Origin: a virus
Taxonomy: Duplodnaviria > Caudoviricetes
Strand: one strand, 5' to 3'
Virus record (IMG/VR): IMGVR_UViG_3300028048_001169
Span: 96,001 to 160,000 of that record
DNA: 64,000 nt
Of this stretch, positions 1 to 10,047 are shown one piece after another; position 1 is the first letter of the stretch, and the number at the start of each line of letters is the position of its first letter. Under the pieces are notes generated by a model, which saw only the letters and a program-made list of their open reading frames with translations, searched no databases and had not been told where the DNA came from. The translations under genes were made by a program, and so were the position numbers.

Positions 1-157
1 TGGAGTAGGGCCTAAGCAGGTAGGTGAGAATCCTTTAAATCGAAGTGGAAATCGTCTATAAATATTTATAGATATTGATATAGTCTCAACGTCTAGGTAA
101 CACCTAGAGAAGTTCATAAGAGAACTGCATAGTGTAGCGAACTATGTGAAGATACTG
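1..157 (+). ncRNA. Group I intron in gyrB (3' part; 5' end lies outside the window)
   Basis: GATATAGTC S/P7' element near 77-85; ends in G157 directly before the GyrB Toprim motif VFPIRGK; nt 3-41 closely resemble 42855-42896 of the RNAP intron. Confidence 0.8.
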
Positions 158-349
158 GTCTTTCCTATACGAGGAAAAATGCCAAATGCTTTCCGTACTT
201 CTAGATCTAACTTCTTTGCTAACGAAGAAGTACAGGGAATCTATAAGATAATTACTGGTAATGATATTAGTAATTATAATAAACACTTAGATCCAATAAA
301 AGATGTAGAGTGGGAAAAGATTATTATAATGGCTGATGCCGATGTGGAT
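158..349 (+). CDS. gyrB: DNA gyrase/type IIA topoisomerase subunit B, internal exon (Toprim)
   Basis: VFPIRGKMPN ... KIIIMADADVD matches GyrB LPLRGKILN ... IIIMTDADVDG. Confidence 0.9.
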
Positions 350-1446
350 AAATTCGTATTATTAGATGCTAGATAATACGAGACCGTCCGAAAATACTTT
401 TCGCAAAGACCATGCGGGTCATTAATATGGCTAACGGTAGAAGTTGGATAAGACTGTCATATGAAGCCGAGAGGAGATATATGACCAAAGAAAAAAGACG
501 AAGCAGCTTCAGAAGAAACGCTAAGGTCCAGAAATGGATAGCTGCCAAAACCGTGTGAATCTATTAATATTTTAGCATGTATATTACATATCATTATTAT
601 ACGATAGGGAGGTATAACAATGATAGGTATATACAAAATCACAAATTTAGTAACTGGAAGATGTTACATAGGACAATCTAAAGATATAGATGAAAGATTT
701 AAACAGCATTTTTATCATTCAGACTCTATTGTAGATAAAAACTTAAAGTTATATGGAAAAGATCACTTTAAGTTCGAAGTTTTAGAAGTTTGTAATGAAA
801 ATGAATTAGATGAAAAAGAAGCATACTATATAAGAAAATATAATAGTATTATGTATGGGTATAATCTAATTCAAGGAGGTCAGCACAATATTGGTGAAAG
901 CAATCCCAATTCCAAATTAACAGAAATTGATATTTATAATATAAGAGAAATGTATAAAAACCATAATAATAAGAGAGATGTATATTCTAAATATTCTGAC
1001 AAAATATCTGAATATTATTTTTCAAATTTATGGGAAGGTAAGAGTTGGACCAATATACATATGGATGTATATACAAAAGAAAATATTGATTATTATAAAT
1101 ATAAAACTTCTGTTGGTGAAAATAGCTTTAATTCTAAATTTACAGATCAAGAAGTAATGGAATTGCGAACCGAATATATTAATAAAAATGCTAGAGAAAT
1201 TTATGAATCTGTAAAAGATAAATGTAGCTACAACACATTGCAATCTATATTGTGGGGTAGATATTACAAACATCTTCCGGTATATGATAAAAAGAATAAA
1301 ATGTGGAAAAATTAATAGAAGCATGTATCGACTATCCTCTTGAGGAGGAGTACTCTTGCTATTGGTACGCGAGGGGAAATAGTATTCTAGTAATCATACT
1401 AGTAAAATATAGTCAGGCTTAATATGAAAATATTAAGATGTGCACG
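350..1446 (+). ncRNA. Group I intron in gyrB carrying a homing endonuclease
   Basis: Exon ends in U (GAT|), intron ends in G (ACG|GGA); removal restores DADVD-GAHI in frame; IGS GTCCG 386-390 pairs with TGGAT; P7 GACTAT ~1330 and ATATAGTC ~1407-1414. Confidence 0.9.
620..1315 (+). CDS. Intron-encoded GIY-YIG homing endonuclease
   Basis: N-terminal GIYKITN...CYIGQS..R motif; two C-terminal GExNxNSKxT DNA-binding repeats; GGAGG RBS. Confidence 0.92.
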   Translation: MIGIYKITNLVTGRCYIGQSKDIDERFKQHFYHSDSIVDKNLKLYGKDHFKFEVLEVCNENELDEKEAYYIRKYNSIMYGYNLIQGGQHNIGESNPNSKLTEIDIYNIREMYKNHNNKRDVYSKYSDKISEYYFSNLWEGKSWTNIHMDVYTKENIDYYKYKTSVGENSFNSKFTDQEVMELRTEYINKNAREIYESVKDKCSYNTLQSILWGRYYKHLPVYDKKNKMWKN

Positions 1447-2307
1447 GGAGCACATATAGCATCATTGTTTATTCGATTCATATTCATGTATATGCCTCAG
1501 CTTATCGAAGCAGGTAAAGTATATAAAGCAGTACCTCCATTATATTCTATTCCTGTAGGTAAGAATGAAGAATATTTTATACAGAATATTGATTTCGTAA
1601 AGTATGTACAGAAGTTATTTGCTAAGAATAACAATCTGTCTCATATGAATAAGAAGAACATGACACCGAAAGAATGTACTGTATTCTTTATGCAAAACCA
1701 GGATTACGTATATTGGTTAGAGAAACTTAGTAAGACCTATGCAGTAAATCCTAAGTTAATGGAGATGGCTTTATTTGATTATTACAATAAGACATCGTTC
1801 AAAGCATTAAAGAAACATGTAGAAGATGCTTATCGATTCATGACAGTTAAGAAAGAGAAAGATACATTAATTTATGAGGGTATTATTGGAGATGCAAATA
1901 TTCTCTTTATGAATGATCGTCTCGTAAACGACTGTAAGCCTATTCTTGATATTATTGAAAAGAATAAAGAGCTGCAGTATCGCATGAATGGTGCAGTATG
2001 TACAATCTACGATGTCATGAAGGGCTTTGAAAAGGCTCAACCAAATCATCTACAGAGATATAAGGGTCTGGGTGAGATGGATGAAGATCAACTTGCTGTA
2101 TCTACATTAATCCCTGCAGGAAGTAGTGTAAAGATATCAAAAGATGGTAGTAATAAGAAAGTCGAAGTATATGGAAACAGAACACTGATTCGATATACAT
2201 TAGAAGACATCAAGGAGGAAGTAGGAATTGTTAGACAGTTTGAGTCAGACTTCTCACAGCTGTTTAAATATGTCGGCAATGTAACCAGACAGGATTTGTT
2301 AGATTAA
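1447..2307 (+). CDS. gyrB: DNA gyrase subunit B, last exon
   Basis: GAHIASL...PPLY and LQRYKGLGEM motifs. Confidence 0.92.
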   Translation, partial: GAHIASLFIRFIFMYMPQLIEAGKVYKAVPPLYSIPVGKNEEYFIQNIDFVKYVQKLFAKNNNLSHMNKKNMTPKECTVFFMQNQDYVYWLEKLSKTYAVNPKLMEMALFDYYNKTSFKALKKHVEDAYRFMTVKKEKDTLIYEGIIGDANILFMNDRLVNDCKPILDIIEKNKELQYRMNGAVCTIYDVMKGFEKAQPNHLQRYKGLGEMDEDQLAVSTLIPAGSSVKISKDGSNKKVEVYGNRTLIRYTLEDIKEEVGIVRQFESDFSQLFKYVGNVTRQDLLD

Positions 2308-2432
2308 GGAGAATAAATTGGTTCAAAGACTAGTAGATGGAATCGGAAACTTAGGATTTATTCCGAAAGCGTTCATTGTAGTTTTTGTATTATTAGGAAT
2401 GATATTAATGAATCCAAAAGAAGATTCATTGG

Positions 2433-2885
2433 ATGACTTCGACAAATGGGAGGAACAAGATGGTAGTTCCGGTAGACGCCGTCATTAATCCAAATGACGC
2501 AAGTGTACTATGGTATGATATCCCGAACTTTCCAGGATATCAAATATCAAATAATGGGTATATACGGTCATTCAAACAATACCGTAAGTACCCATTAGGT
2601 ACTTTAGTAAAATTCTGTAATAAAGAATGTACTAAGATTCAATTAACTAATAGCAACAATCAAAGGGTAATAGTAACAATACAAATGATACATGAGCTTG
2701 TTTCAAAATATCAGATACAACCGGATGGAACTTGTTCGGTGAAGATTCAGGGGAGAAATAGTCGTATGTGTATCAATCCTGATCAAGATATTGACTATGG
2801 AGTTGTAGTATCTAAACCAGTTCCAGTAAACAATGAGCCGGTTTCAATGCCAACGTTTAATATACCAGACGTTCCATTGGAATAA
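2433..2885 (+). CDS. NUMOD4 motif protein with no clear HNH domain (start may be 2460)
   Basis: WYDIPNFPGYQISNNGYIRS is a NUMOD4-type motif. Confidence 0.6.
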   Translation: MTSTNGRNKMVVPVDAVINPNDASVLWYDIPNFPGYQISNNGYIRSFKQYRKYPLGTLVKFCNKECTKIQLTNSNNQRVIVTIQMIHELVSKYQIQPDGTCSVKIQGRNSRMCINPDQDIDYGVVVSKPVPVNNEPVSMPTFNIPDVPLE

Positions 2886-2898
2886 GAGTGGAGGAAGT

Positions 2899-3303
2899 AT
2901 GAAAAAGAGATTATCAATGTTATTAGCAACTGGAGTTATTTTGTCTAGTGCTATTCTATTCAGTGGATGTGAAGATGAGTCTATTAGGGTGAATGAAAAC
3001 ATTACACAGCAGGCTCAGAACTTTAACGTTTATCGCCGTGTCACTGTGATTAATTGTATTAAAGGAGATACATTATTCACAATGGAAGGATTGATGAATA
3101 TTGAAGCTGATACTAAAGACAAACAATTAGAGATTATTGTTGAGACTGATAAAGGTAAATATAAGAAACACTTTATTGGTCTATCTGATAATGTAACTTA
3201 TACTGTAGAAGATATTTCAGGATCTCAGGTATCTAAATATCATTATGAGATTAATTATAATCCTAAGATGTGGATTCCATTTGAGTTTAAGAATATTGAT
3301 TAA
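2899..3303 (+). CDS. Putative lipoprotein
   Basis: GAGGA RBS before ATG 2899; MKKRLS + hydrophobic stretch + lipobox FSGC. Confidence 0.7.
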   Translation: MKKRLSMLLATGVILSSAILFSGCEDESIRVNENITQQAQNFNVYRRVTVINCIKGDTLFTMEGLMNIEADTKDKQLEIIVETDKGKYKKHFIGLSDNVTYTVEDISGSQVSKYHYEINYNPKMWIPFEFKNID

Positions 3304-3530
3304 GGAGGATAAGGAGGGGAGTCCTTACGAATAATATTCAATTAGAAACAATTAAAGTTGGTCCAGTAAATCCTATTAATCCAGCAACAGATTATGATTA
3401 TCATCAGAGAGAATACGGTAATCACAAATCTAAGAAAGCTGAAGATATATTTCAGGATAAATTAGACCAAGAAATAAAGAAACTTAGAACAGGTAAAAAT
3501 TAAGATTTACATTAATACGTACATCTTAGT

Positions 3531-3670
3531 AATGGCTAAATAATATGTAATACATGGTTTTCACTTCAACTTTTATCATGTAATCAATCTTGGACTGCCT
3601 CCAATTCATAAATATTATTTAGTCAAGATCTTCTTTGGGCTTAGAGGTTTGCTGTTCTCTAAGCCCATTT
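3531..3670 (+). ncRNA. Putative small structured RNA with its own late promoter and terminator
   Basis: TACA-N6-TA at 3520-3531; closing stem 3533-3546/3612-3625; inner hairpins; terminator 3636-3670. Confidence 0.5.
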
Positions 3671-3700
3671 AATGTAAATTCAATAGAAGGGAAATAAAAT

Positions 3701-6076
3701 ATGTCAATCGATAAAGAAAATATTATCGAGAAAGATGCCGCTACGTTGTATCGAGACGATATGGTCAAGTATCTTATTATTATTAATAGACGTAGAGCAT
3801 TCCCCGATGTTATAGATGGATTTAAACCAATTCAGAGAAGATTAATCTATGATATGTTTAAGCAGGGTGCTACCTCTTTTAAGAATAGAATTAAATCTTC
3901 TGCTATTGTCGGAGATACTATGAAGAATTTCTCCGGTCATGGTGATAGTGGTACATATGGTGCTCTAGAACCAATGGCAAGTTGGTATAAGGTTAAAATG
4001 CCATTAATCGCAACAAAAGGTAACTGGGGATCAATTATGGGTGACGGTCCAGCTGCCGCACGATATACAGAGGCTGGTTTAACCGATTTCTGTTTTGAAA
4101 ATGTCATTGGAGAATTAAGAGATTCTAAGGGTGTAGTAGATTGGATTGATAACTATTCAAGAACAACCTATGAACCAGAATTCTTACCAGTAAGATTACC
4201 ATTATTATTAATCAATGGATCGTTTGGTATTGGTGTAGGAATTGCTACAAATATACCTACTCATAATCTTGTTGAAGTTTGTGAAGAGACACGTAAACTG
4301 ATTAAGGATCCTAACTATTCTCCATATCTAGTACCAGACTGCTGCCAGCCTTGTAAGATTATTGGTGATGAGAAAACCTTTAAGCAGATTTGTAGAACTG
4401 GTACTGGTAAATACCGTGTAAGAGGTAATGTAACAACTGGTGAACAAAAAGGTCATCCTATGATTTATATTCATAGTTTACCAGATGGTGTATCTACTAG
4501 TAAGGTCGTTGATAAACTCAACGATATAGTAGCAGCAAAACAATTACCAATGATTCAGGATATTTTTGATGCATCTACATCAAATGTAGATATTCGTATC
4601 AAACTTCGTAAAGGTTCTGATCCTAATTACGTTGTTCAGGTATTATATACAAAGACTGATGTAGAAACTCCTGTATCTGTAAACTTCCAAGTTGTACAGG
4701 GAGTTAATCCAAAGAGAATGGGTTATAAGGAATACTTGAACAGCTTTATTCAGCAGAGAGCTACAACAAAGTTCCGTCTGTATTGTAATAAGCTGAAAGA
4801 TTCAACCACTCGTTGGAATCAGTTGACTGCTTATATTAAGATTATGGAATCTGGTAAGTTAGATCAGCTGGTTAAGATGATTCGTAAGAATAAGTCTATC
4901 AGTACAGATGAATTAACCGAGTTCTTAATCAAGAAGATTAAAGTAAACGATCTCCAAGCAAAGTTTATTCTTGATACAAATATTGCTCGTTTATCCGAGG
5001 GATATTATAAGAAGTATAAGAATGAATTAAAAGAATTAGTACCAATGATGGAGTATTATCGTTCTGTCGTAGAGGGTAATGGATCTGCTATTCTGAAAGA
5101 GATTGATCATGAACTTCTTGAGATTGAAAAGAAGTATGGTACACCTAGATTATGTACAATGATGCGTTCTTCTGACGATACAAATATTCCTAAGGGAACA
5201 TTTAAAGTTGTTATCACAAAGAAGAATATGATTCGTAAAATACCAGATGCAGATAAGCTGAATGTTATCCGTGGTGATGATCCTAAGTTTGTAATTCGTG
5301 GAGATAATAGAGAATCTGTTCTCTTATTTGATAATAAGGGTAAAGTATTCAAATTACCAATCCATAAGATTCCTGTAACAGATAAGAGTGCTATGGGAAC
5401 CGATGTAAGAATTCTTTGTAAGAATCTCACTGCAAATATTCTTGCAGTATATTATGAACCTACGATCAAAAAGATTGTAGAAGGTAAGAGAAAGCATTTC
5501 TTAACTATTGTAACAAGATATAATACGATTAAGAATGTTGATCTCAATGACTTTGTCAATGTATCACCTTCTGGTTTAATGTACAGCAAGATCAAGGATA
5601 TGGATGAAGTTACTGGTTTAGGTATTGTTCCTGGAGACTTAGATATCATTATTTATTCTAAGCAGAAAGCATTACGTACTTCTATGAAGCAGCTACCAAT
5701 CTTCAAGAGAAGTGCTACTGGTAATAAAGCAATGAATACAAATAGTGAAGTAGAAGGTGTTGCTGTTGTATATCCTGATACGGAGTATATTGTAGTCATT
5801 ACAGAAAAAGGTAGAATCAATAAGTTTGCTGTATCAGGTTTATCAGCACATCGTAGAGGTGGAGCTGGAATGAACGTCATTAAGTTGAAACCAGGTGATA
5901 GTATTCGATCTATCTGTTGTGCAACAGATCGTGATGAAATTCGTATTGTTACTACGGATGGAGTTATAGAAATTCCTGTAGCAGATATTAAGTTACGTAC
6001 TAGTGTTGCTCCTGGAGATCAGATTCAGAAGTTCAAAGGAACAATTATTCGTTGTAACGTAATGATAAAGAAATAA
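3701..6076 (+). CDS. gyrA: DNA gyrase subunit A
   Basis: RAFPDVIDGFKPIQRR, HGDS, AAARYTE catalytic Tyr, GIGVGIATNIPTHN; C-terminal pinwheel repeats with RRGGAG. Confidence 0.95.
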   Translation: MSIDKENIIEKDAATLYRDDMVKYLIIINRRRAFPDVIDGFKPIQRRLIYDMFKQGATSFKNRIKSSAIVGDTMKNFSGHGDSGTYGALEPMASWYKVKMPLIATKGNWGSIMGDGPAAARYTEAGLTDFCFENVIGELRDSKGVVDWIDNYSRTTYEPEFLPVRLPLLLINGSFGIGVGIATNIPTHNLVEVCEETRKLIKDPNYSPYLVPDCCQPCKIIGDEKTFKQICRTGTGKYRVRGNVTTGEQKGHPMIYIHSLPDGVSTSKVVDKLNDIVAAKQLPMIQDIFDASTSNVDIRIKLRKGSDPNYVVQVLYTKTDVETPVSVNFQVVQGVNPKRMGYKEYLNSFIQQRATTKFRLYCNKLKDSTTRWNQLTAYIKIMESGKLDQLVKMIRKNKSISTDELTEFLIKKIKVNDLQAKFILDTNIARLSEGYYKKYKNELKELVPMMEYYRSVVEGNGSAILKEIDHELLEIEKKYGTPRLCTMMRSSDDTNIPKGTFKVVITKKNMIRKIPDADKLNVIRGDDPKFVIRGDNRESVLLFDNKGKVFKLPIHKIPVTDKSAMGTDVRILCKNLTANILAVYYEPTIKKIVEGKRKHFLTIVTRYNTIKNVDLNDFVNVSPSGLMYSKIKDMDEVTGLGIVPGDLDIIIYSKQKALRTSMKQLPIFKRSATGNKAMNTNSEVEGVAVVYPDTEYIVVITEKGRINKFAVSGLSAHRRGGAGMNVIKLKPGDSIRSICCATDRDEIRIVTTDGVIEIPVADIKLRTSVAPGDQIQKFKGTIIRCNVMIKK

Positions 6077-6086
6077 TAATAAGACG

Positions 6087-6123
6087 GTGGTAGGAGTTAT
6101 ATCCTACCACTTTCTTTTTTTTT
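6087..6123 (+). terminator. Intrinsic terminator after gyrA
   Basis: GTGGTAGGA/TCCTACCAC hairpin followed by a T run. Confidence 0.85.
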
Positions 6124-6167
6124 GTAAAAGTTCCGTATTTGAGTTATATAATATAGCGTTGTAAAGA
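6121..6167 (+). promoter_or_regulatory. Early-type phage promoter (near-identical copy at 59614-59660)
   Basis: TTTGTAAAAGTT..GAGTTATATAATATAGCGTTGTAAAGA, a variant of the recurrent TATATTATA motif. Confidence 0.65.
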
Positions 6168-6234
6168 CAAAAGCAAAAATCCTAAATTAATAATTTAGGT
6201 CGGTGGAGATAGTATCAAGAGCCGAGGAGAAACT

Positions 6235-6735
6235 ATGGGAACAAATAATAAGAAAGCAAACAACACTCTGAACCCTGTATTTTCAATCGATGAGCTTGAA
6301 GAGAGATGTGATCGTGCTAAAGACAAGATTGAGATCGCTAATCTCAAAAAAGAACTTAAGGAAAAGATCGATCAGATTACTGAGGAACTCGGTGAAATGC
6401 CTGAGCTGGAACCTCAACCTCTTGACTTCTCAGTAGATAATGAAATAGATTATGAGAAGTTTTCTGCAAAGCGTGCACGTAAGCAGGCTTCTAAAGTAAT
6501 GAGTAGAAAGATCTTGATGGAGGAAAGAGATGTTCTGGCTCTTGTAGATCAGGCTTCCTATGATGGAGAGTCAAAACTCGTTCTCAAAGATGGGGATGAG
6601 CATATCATCAATGGTAGGAACTTCATGTTTGATACTGAGTACTTCCTCATTAATGGTTTTGATGTAGTCAAGTTATTAAAGCTTGGTTATACAGTTGCAT
6701 TTAGAGGAAAGAAAATGTGCATTAAGTGGAGTTAA
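6235..6735 (+). CDS. Hypothetical early protein
   Basis: GAGGAG RBS; own promoter and downstream terminator (~6766-6798). Confidence 0.75.
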   Translation: MGTNNKKANNTLNPVFSIDELEERCDRAKDKIEIANLKKELKEKIDQITEELGEMPELEPQPLDFSVDNEIDYEKFSAKRARKQASKVMSRKILMEERDVLALVDQASYDGESKLVLKDGDEHIINGRNFMFDTEYFLINGFDVVKLLKLGYTVAFRGKKMCIKWS

Positions 6736-6818
6736 TCCGCTGGCATGCATTAACTAAAAAAAGATTAGTAGGTCTTCACAACCTACTTTTCTTTTTTTGT
6801 AAGTAATATGAATTTGAG

Positions 6819-6830
6819 TCATATATTATA
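6819..6830 (+). promoter_or_regulatory. Early-type promoter motif TCATATATTATA
   Basis: Exact 12-mer also at 10492, 13885, 24501, 40613 and 44241; variants at 16684 and 59637; always just upstream of an RBS. Confidence 0.75.
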
Positions 6831-6879
6831 TAACTGTAATTATTATAACTATATTAGTGTAAATCAAGGAGGACGTAAA

Positions 6880-8211
6880 ATGGAAAGCTACATGAAATTG
6901 CAGTATGATGAGAATAATAATCTTATCGTAGAAGATGAAGGAGGTATAAAGACATATCGTGAATACGATAAGCAGAATCATTTAATCAGTAAGAAACGTT
7001 GTCAGATGTTTGGTACTACAGAATTGCCGGTTAGTGTTGATATGTTTGTATATGATGGCGATTCAGATAAAGATTTGAGATTGATTAAGATCGTAGATTC
7101 TGCAGCTCATACTGTAACTCAAATCTATTATGCAGATCTCTATCCAGAAGGATTAGAACGTATTTTGAAAACGGTAACTAGAGATCGTAAGTTTGATGTA
7201 GACCCGGATACATCAGAACCTACTCAGACGATTAAAGATTATCATTTTGTTGTGGAGCCGGATACAACAGAAGTTCATATAACCAGAAATCTTGATGATA
7301 AGATTATATCTATCAAGACAGTTTCTTGTTATGAAAAATATAGAGCTAATCTGTATTGCAACGTTCCACCGTATGATAAGTATATATTCCCATACAACGA
7401 GAAACGTGTTGTATGGGAATATGGTAATCTAGAAAGTGGATATGCTACAACAGTTAATATAGTATATCTGTACAATAATAAATTGATTCGTAGCTCTGTT
7501 TCATCTATCACTAACGGTAATCAAGATAATATCCGGTATGTATACGATCAAGATATCTGGTATGTATATGATAAAGATGATTATTTATTATCATCACAAA
7601 TCTGTATTACAAGATCACCAGAAGCATCAGTAGATGAAGATGATACGATTGATATTTATTACTATTACTACGATGAATTCTATGGTGGTGAGCAAGCTTA
7701 TAGTATTGATCATTATCATAAAGCAAATAATAAGAGTCATAAGTACATCAGTTTCGCAGCTACACCAAGTGATGACAAATACGATATTACATTCTATCTA
7801 GATTCAGATATTGTTGATAAAACAAAGAGTTATCAGGTTGAATTGTTGAAAGATAAAGATGGTAATGTTGTATGGGATAAATTCACGTATAAGAATAGTC
7901 ACGATAGTAGAATATATCGCGACTATGATGAGAATCAAAATATTATTCGTGAAAAAGTAATTGCAAAATCAATGCCTGGTCAGCAAATTCTTGTTACAAA
8001 TGGTAATAAGAATATGAGTTACTATAAGTATAATGAAGCTAATAAACCTATCTTAGCTGTTCATCACATTGGTACTGCATATTACGTTGAGGAATATATT
8101 TATGATGAAAACAATAATTTAATAGAAGAGCTTAGAGCATCTGATGTCGAAGAAGCTAAAGAGATATACGAAAAGCTTAAAGAGGAGGTAGATGCTCGTA
8201 TTGACAAATAG
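6880..8211 (+). CDS. Tyr/Asp-rich protein with YD/RHS-like repeats
   Basis: Repeated YDENNNLI, YDKQNHLI, YDENQNII motifs; AAGGAGG RBS before ATG 6880. Confidence 0.65.
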   Translation: MESYMKLQYDENNNLIVEDEGGIKTYREYDKQNHLISKKRCQMFGTTELPVSVDMFVYDGDSDKDLRLIKIVDSAAHTVTQIYYADLYPEGLERILKTVTRDRKFDVDPDTSEPTQTIKDYHFVVEPDTTEVHITRNLDDKIISIKTVSCYEKYRANLYCNVPPYDKYIFPYNEKRVVWEYGNLESGYATTVNIVYLYNNKLIRSSVSSITNGNQDNIRYVYDQDIWYVYDKDDYLLSSQICITRSPEASVDEDDTIDIYYYYYDEFYGGEQAYSIDHYHKANNKSHKYISFAATPSDDKYDITFYLDSDIVDKTKSYQVELLKDKDGNVVWDKFTYKNSHDSRIYRDYDENQNIIREKVIAKSMPGQQILVTNGNKNMSYYKYNEANKPILAVHHIGTAYYVEEYIYDENNNLIEELRASDVEEAKEIYEKLKEEVDARIDK

Positions 8212-8222
8212 GGGGTGACCTT

Positions 8223-8699
8223 GTGAATTACGAACGGGTATTTCTACCAGAAGATATGGATGCAGAACTAAGAAAGCTTTGGGAAAATACCTCATTTCTT
8301 TCAAAAGAAATAGAATCTTCTATGGATAATTTGAAAGATTTAGCGGAGAATAATAAGCCAAAAGCTGTACGTGTTTTAGATGATGCTATAGAGAATTTTA
8401 ATTTATTATTAAAATATCTGAAAGATATAATTACAATGGAAATGGAGCGATCAACAGATGATAATCGTTCTAATAGAGTAAGTTCTGCATCTAAAGCAAT
8501 TGAATTAGTTACCAATCAAGTCGGTAAATGTAAGTCATTAAAAGATACAATAGTTACAGAGTTACGTGATATTGTACATGGTAGAGTATATAATGCAAAT
8601 AGAAAACCGATTGATTACATTAGAGAAAATATAATTATGGATTTTTATCATGATTATGGTAACTATATAAGGTCGTCAGATGACGAATACTGCTATTAA
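8223..8699 (+). CDS. Hypothetical protein
   Basis: 158-aa ORF in operon, followed by a terminator. Confidence 0.7.
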   Translation: MNYERVFLPEDMDAELRKLWENTSFLSKEIESSMDNLKDLAENNKPKAVRVLDDAIENFNLLLKYLKDIITMEMERSTDDNRSNRVSSASKAIELVTNQVGKCKSLKDTIVTELRDIVHGRVYNANRKPIDYIRENIIMDFYHDYGNYIRSSDDEYCY

Positions 8700-8808
8700 G
8701 AATAAAGGGGCATTTAGTCCCCTTTATTTTTTTGTAAATTTTTACTATCTCTAACACATAATCATAACAAATTATATCTTAAATATGAGGAAAAGAGGTA
8801 ATAATTTT

Positions 8809-10044
8809 ATGGCTACAGGTTCTATTTTGATGGATAAGTTTAATGAACGTATGAAAAAATCTAAAGCTAAGAATAATGATGAGGAGTTTGAAGTTCTTTA
8901 TCCAACTGGATTCTTAAGCTTAGATTATTTAAATGGATCAATGATTCATGTTGACGGTAATGATATTCATGCAAAGTATCGTTCTACTGGAATTGTTGAT
9001 GGATCTTCTAATATGTTTATTGGACGTTCCGGTTGTGGTAAATCTACTCTAGTATTCCAGATTATTGGTAATATTGCTAGAAGATTTCCTAATTCTGATA
9101 TCTATATTGATGATATTGAAGGTTCTCTTCCAATGTCTCGTAAGGAATTCTTGCTAGGATTAGATGAACAGGAATTAAAGAAGAGAGTTAAATTCCGTAA
9201 TACTGGAATTACAACAGAGAGTGTATATGATCGTATCAAAACGATTCATGATATTAAAGTAGAGAATCGCACAGAGTTCGAATATGATACCGGATTATTT
9301 GATACATACGGTAACAAGATTTTCAAGCTGGTACCAACAATCTATCTTATTGATTCATTTGCAATGCTTATGCCAGATGATGTATTAGAGAAAGGTGAGA
9401 TTGATGGTGGTATGGGAGCTACAAAAGTAGCAAAGCAGAATACCCAGTTAGTAAAGAAGATTTCTCAGTTATTAAGAGAAGCTAATATTATTCTGATTTC
9501 TGTCAATCATATCAACGATGATCCTCAGACTGGATTCTTACCAAAGCCAGCACAGATTTCTGGTCTTAAAGTTGGTGAGAGACTTCCTGGTGGTAAAACT
9601 GCTCTATACATTGCAAATAACTTATTCCGCTTAGATGATAAGGGTACTCTAAAAGAGGGAGAAGGTTATGGAATTGCAGGTCAGGTTGTTGATGTAAGTA
9701 TCATTAAGTCTAGAACAAATCGTAATAAGACATCTGTACCATTAATCTTTGATAAGACAAACGGTCATTTTGATGAAGAATTATCAATGTTCCACTATCT
9801 CAAGATTAATGGATGTATTGGTGGAGCTGGACGTTCTATGTTTTTAGATGGTGCTCCAGATATCAAGTTCTCTCAGAAAGAATTCTTGGATAAACTTCAC
9901 GAATCTGTTGAACTCCAGTTAGCTTTTGCAAAAGCTTGTCGTAACGAATTAGACAAGTTACTCTTTGATGTAGAGAATAAGAAAGCCACTATCAGTTCCT
10001 TTAATCTTATGGATGCTATTAACAATTTGGAAGATGTGGGATAA
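8809..10044 (+). CDS. RecA/UvsX-like recombinase
   Basis: YPTGFLSLDYL, Walker A GRSGCGKST, Walker B YLIDS, ILISVNH, PGGK..LY. Confidence 0.85.
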   Translation: MATGSILMDKFNERMKKSKAKNNDEEFEVLYPTGFLSLDYLNGSMIHVDGNDIHAKYRSTGIVDGSSNMFIGRSGCGKSTLVFQIIGNIARRFPNSDIYIDDIEGSLPMSRKEFLLGLDEQELKKRVKFRNTGITTESVYDRIKTIHDIKVENRTEFEYDTGLFDTYGNKIFKLVPTIYLIDSFAMLMPDDVLEKGEIDGGMGATKVAKQNTQLVKKISQLLREANIILISVNHINDDPQTGFLPKPAQISGLKVGERLPGGKTALYIANNLFRLDDKGTLKEGEGYGIAGQVVDVSIIKSRTNRNKTSVPLIFDKTNGHFDEELSMFHYLKINGCIGGAGRSMFLDGAPDIKFSQKEFLDKLHESVELQLAFAKACRNELDKLLFDVENKKATISSFNLMDAINNLEDVG

Positions 10045-10047
10045 TTT

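Noticed and set aside
146-2307. gyrB as a fragmented pseudogene
   Set aside because: Breaks coincide with group I intron boundaries and splicing restores conserved motifs in frame
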